The notes below the pieces were generated by a model that saw only the letters and a list, made by a program, of their open reading frames with translations, did not search any database and had not been told where the DNA came from. Position numbers and translations under genes: made by a program. A stretch of 58,767 nucleotides of DNA from Patescibacteria group bacterium (GTDB lineage: Bacteria; Patescibacteriota; JABMPQ01), in NCBI GenBank assembly GCA_041749335.1, contig JBGTBM010000003.1, positions 1-58,767 on the forward strand. The letters are read 5' to 3'. Positions 56,217 to 58,767 of this stretch are shown one piece after another. Numbering within the stretch: position 1 is the stretch's first letter; each line of letters starts with the position of its first letter.

Positions 56217-57209
56217 TTATTTGAAAAGCATAGTGATAATGGCGCGCGCGGCGTTTCTCGGCTTTCCCTTGGTCGGCTGCAGGTGCAAGCTAATATCGGG
56301 CGCAGAGTTGATTTCGTTGATAACCCCGCCGTTTTTATTGTAAGGCTTGCTAATATCGGGAGAAATAAAATCTATTCCCGCCAAATTTAAATCAAGCGCC
56401 CGCGCTACTTGATTAAACATTAATTTATTTTTGAGATGAACGGAGTTGGTTGCGTCAATCCATTCGCCGCTGTCGGCTCCGGAAAAGCTTAGGATTACCT
56501 TTTTGCCTTTTGCCGGGATTGATTTGGAGCTTAGCCCCTGGCCGATAAGAAGGCGCCGCGCTTTAATATTTAATTTAATTTTTTGCAAGCGGCTTCCTTC
56601 GGCTCTTTGTGGATCGCAATTTTTAATTTTTACTAGCTCGGCGATGGAATGTTGTCCGTCGCCCGTGATTTTAGCTCCCACTGCCCGGGCGGCCGCGAAA
56701 TATTTACGATCAATAACTAAAATTCGATAATATATTCCCGGGCAATATTTTTCCACCATGATAAATTTATCATGGCGTTTGGCGATGCGAAAAGCTTTAA
56801 GAAGAATTGGTTCAGATTTAATATTTACCATTACCGCCTTTCCCTCTTGCCCGTTAAGCGGCTTTACCACTAAGGGGTAGCCTAGGATTTTAGCGGATTT
56901 TAGCAGCGTTTTTTCATTGCTAACGACCCGCCCTTCCGGCACGGGAATATTCATTAACGTTAAAAATTCTTTGGTAAAATATTTATTGCGAGCCAGAGCA
57001 GCAGCGGCGCGATTATCATCCGATGTGCGGCCGGCATAAAACCACTTTTTTACCGGCCCCTTGGCGAGTAACAGAAAGCTTTTTTGCGGGAAAATCTGAT
57101 AAACTGTAATATTTTTCTGCCAAGCCGCCGCGATGACGGCCTTGGTGACCGGCAAAAATTTATCAATTTCATCTTTTTTAATTTTATGCAATTTATTCAA
57201 TAAATTCAT
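56217..57209 (-). CDS. stand-alone ATP-grasp ligase resembling the cyanophycin synthetase G domain
   Basis: 330 aa. LVVKPLNGQEGKAV, ILSFSGADSGEW and VINEINSAPD parallel motifs in 53481-56039. No Mur-ligase domain. Confidence 0.65.
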   Translation of the reverse strand: MNLLNKLHKIKKDEIDKFLPVTKAVIAAAWQKNITVYQIFPQKSFLLLAKGPVKKWFYAGRTSDDNRAAAALARNKYFTKEFLTLMNIPVPEGRVVSNEKTLLKSAKILGYPLVVKPLNGQEGKAVMVNIKSEPILLKAFRIAKRHDKFIMVEKYCPGIYYRILVIDRKYFAAARAVGAKITGDGQHSIAELVKIKNCDPQRAEGSRLQKIKLNIKARRLLIGQGLSSKSIPAKGKKVILSFSGADSGEWIDATNSVHLKNKLMFNQVARALDLNLAGIDFISPDISKPYNKNGGVINEINSAPDISLHLQPTKGKPRNAARAIITMLFK

Positions 57210-57347
57210 TATGATTATTAATAAAATTATTATAAACCTGCTATAATAATATTATTATTTAATATTATGATAAATACTATTTTGACCGGAAATTTTTATG
57301 AAGGTTTAAAGCAATATAAAAAATTTAAATAAATAAAATAAATCAAT

Positions 57348-57503
57348 ATGCAAGACAAAGTAAAATTAATCTGTCCCAAATGCGGCGCGGAATTTGAGAG
57401 CGGACAAATTGAAGAAGATGGATTTGGATCCAGCGGTTTAACCAAACAAAAAACCAAATGTCCCGAGTGTCGAGCTTATACGAGGATGCAAAGAGGGCGA
57501 TAG
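57348..57503 (+). CDS. 51-aa zinc-ribbon protein (MQDKVKLICPKCGAEF...KCPECRAYTRMQRGR)
   Basis: Below the ORF-track size cutoff. Two CxxC pairs. A terminator follows. Confidence 0.45.
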   Translation: MQDKVKLICPKCGAEFESGQIEEDGFGSSGLTKQKTKCPECRAYTRMQRGR

Positions 57504-57537
57504 GGAAAATGGGAAACAGTAAAACACTGAAAAAAAG

Positions 57538-57561
57538 CAGGAGCACTATATTGCGCTCCTG
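57538..57561. terminator. bidirectional terminator; copy of the element at 490-513
   Basis: CAGGAGC / GCTCCTG stem with an A-run before and a T-run after, between convergent genes. Confidence 0.65.
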
Positions 57562-57596
57562 TTTTTATGTTATTTTGATTTAAGGCTTTAATGATT

Positions 57597-58767
57597 TTAT
57601 CTAATTTTCAAATTCGGATATTTTTTTCTTAATGCTTCTTTTTCATTTTCCGGTATTTTACCTAAATATATATCTCCGCCCACCGATTGTGGCAGCTTCA
57701 ATCCTTCGGCTGAGGCGAGGTCGCCTAGATCAAGATTTCCACCTACTGACTCCGGTAATGTAAGCCCTTCGGCTGAAGTGAGGCTCCCTAGAATAAGATT
57801 TTCGCCAACTGATTCCGGTAGTTTTAGCTCTTCGACTGAGGTGAGACTCCATAGACTAAGACTTCCGCCCACCGATTGTGGCAGCTTCAATCCTTCGGCT
57901 AAGGTGAGACCGCTTAGATAAAGATCTCCGCCCACCGATTCCGGCAGTTTTAATCCTTCGGCTGAACGGATGTTGTGTAGACTAAGACTTCCGCCCACCG
58001 ATTGCGGCAGTTTTAGTCCTTCGGCTGAAGTGAGGCTCCCTAGAATAAGATTTCCGCCAACTGATTCCGGTAGTTTTAGCTCTTCGGCTGAGGTGAGACT
58101 CCATAGATTAAGATCTCCGCCTACCGATTCCGGAAATTTCAATCCTTTGGCTGATTTAAGTCTGCTTAGGTCAAGATTTCCTTCCCAAACAACAATATTT
58201 GAAAGCAGATAATTTAAATCTTTTATTTTATCTCTCCCGGCTAGTATTTCCCCAATGCGGGGATCTTTTCGGTAGCCAAAACCTTCAATCCCACCATCAA
58301 TTTCATAAAAGAATCTAAGATCTTCTTTGGTTAGCTCTTCGCCGGCTTGGTGCAGCTTCTCAATAGCGGTTAAGCGCTTCATGTCTTGAACTTTCTTTTG
58401 GTATTTTTCTCCTTCTTGGCCGAATTCTTGCAGTTTTTGCTCGGCAATGTCTCCGATGTAGGGATCAAGGTTCTGGTCGGGAGCAATGCCCCGCACTTCA
58501 CCGATACTTCCACCTTGCATGCGGATCGCTACGCGAGGAATAGTAGCGTTGCCTTGGGGATCGTGCGAGTAGTAGACATGAAAGTCTCCCATATTAAGCT
58601 GCGCCTTGGCCGTTTCTTCACCGGCGGTGCACCAGCCGGTAGCGTGTCCCTGCAGGGATTTGACCAAAGGCATGTGGTCAGATTTTTGCTGGTATTTGAT
58701 CCATTCGCCGGCGGTAACTTTCAATTCGCTTTCTTGAGAGACTGTGACTTTTTCAATCGCCCAAGCG
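57597..58767 (-). CDS. hypothetical protein with C-terminal 21-aa tandem repeats, 5' part cut by window edge
   Basis: The frame is open from 58767, so the TTG at 58724 is an ORF-caller artefact. The N-terminal region has GHATGWCTAGEETAKAQL. The C-terminal half is LKLPESVGGxLxLxSLTSAEG repeats. Confidence 0.7.
   Translation of the reverse strand, partial: AWAIEKVTVSQESELKVTAGEWIKYQQKSDHMPLVKSLQGHATGWCTAGEETAKAQLNMGDFHVYYSHDPQGNATIPRVAIRMQGGSIGEVRGIAPDQNLDPYIGDIAEQKLQEFGQEGEKYQKKVQDMKRLTAIEKLHQAGEELTKEDLRFFYEIDGGIEGFGYRKDPRIGEILAGRDKIKDLNYLLSNIVVWEGNLDLSRLKSAKGLKFPESVGGDLNLWSLTSAEELKLPESVGGNLILGSLTSAEGLKLPQSVGGSLSLHNIRSAEGLKLPESVGGDLYLSGLTLAEGLKLPQSVGGSLSLWSLTSVEELKLPESVGENLILGSLTSAEGLTLPESVGGNLDLGDLASAEGLKLPQSVGGDIYLGKIPENEKEALRKKYPNLKIR
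57645..58184 (-). repeat. 63-bp (21-aa) tandem coding repeats, about 8 units
   Basis: LKLPESVGG(D/N/S)L.L.SLTSAEG recurs at both the protein and DNA level. Confidence 0.8.

Noticed and set aside
58722-58724. TTG start codon given by the ORF track for the last gene
   Set aside because: The reading frame is open all the way to the window edge (…AWAIEKVTVSQESE precedes it). The gene is simply truncated by the window.
1-58767. Possibility that the window is a closed circle, with one gene spanning the junction (the minus-strand ORF at 1-405 continuing into 58767-57597)
   Set aside because: The 1-405 ORF ends on a complete codon at position 1. At the other end, 43 nt (14 codons plus 1 nt) precede the frame reference at 58724. 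The frames are therefore offset by one base and the two pieces cannot be joined directly. There is also no terminal overlap.

Overview
A+T-rich bacterial chromosome segment. Its gene content and style suggest a small-genome Patescibacteria/CPR-type organism (inference). Ordinary content:
- the replication-origin region (dnaA-dnaN with DnaA-box clusters), ruvB, yebC-ruvC, queA, rny and hup
- a class A PBP and envelope glycosyltransferases
- a giant CHAP/FG-GAP surface protein
- a type IIG restriction-modification enzyme inside a decayed tandem duplication
- one tRNA(CAT)
- a cyanophycin-synthetase/ATP-grasp cluster

Several sharply G+C-richer islands interrupt this background.

The most unusual island (about 42.8-46.4 kb) holds a G+C-rich IS110-family-like gene whose expected catalytic residues appear substituted. 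It is flanked by three arrays of hairpins, each driven by a consensus promoter. The hairpins have 6-11 bp stems (mostly 9-11) and 31-40 nt loops. Stems and loop centres are conserved between copies, but two roughly 10-nt loop segments vary. This looks like a guide-RNA design, and I cannot match it to a described system.

A second island (30.5-32.9 kb, next to oriC) is a promoter-driven, ORF-poor, highly structured region of about 1.4 kb. It is followed by Shine-Dalgarno-led micro-ORFs, a 29-aa hydrophobic peptide and two small proteins.

Several other unclassified structured-RNA candidates are listed. All family assignments come from motif recognition by eye. No database search or folding program was run.
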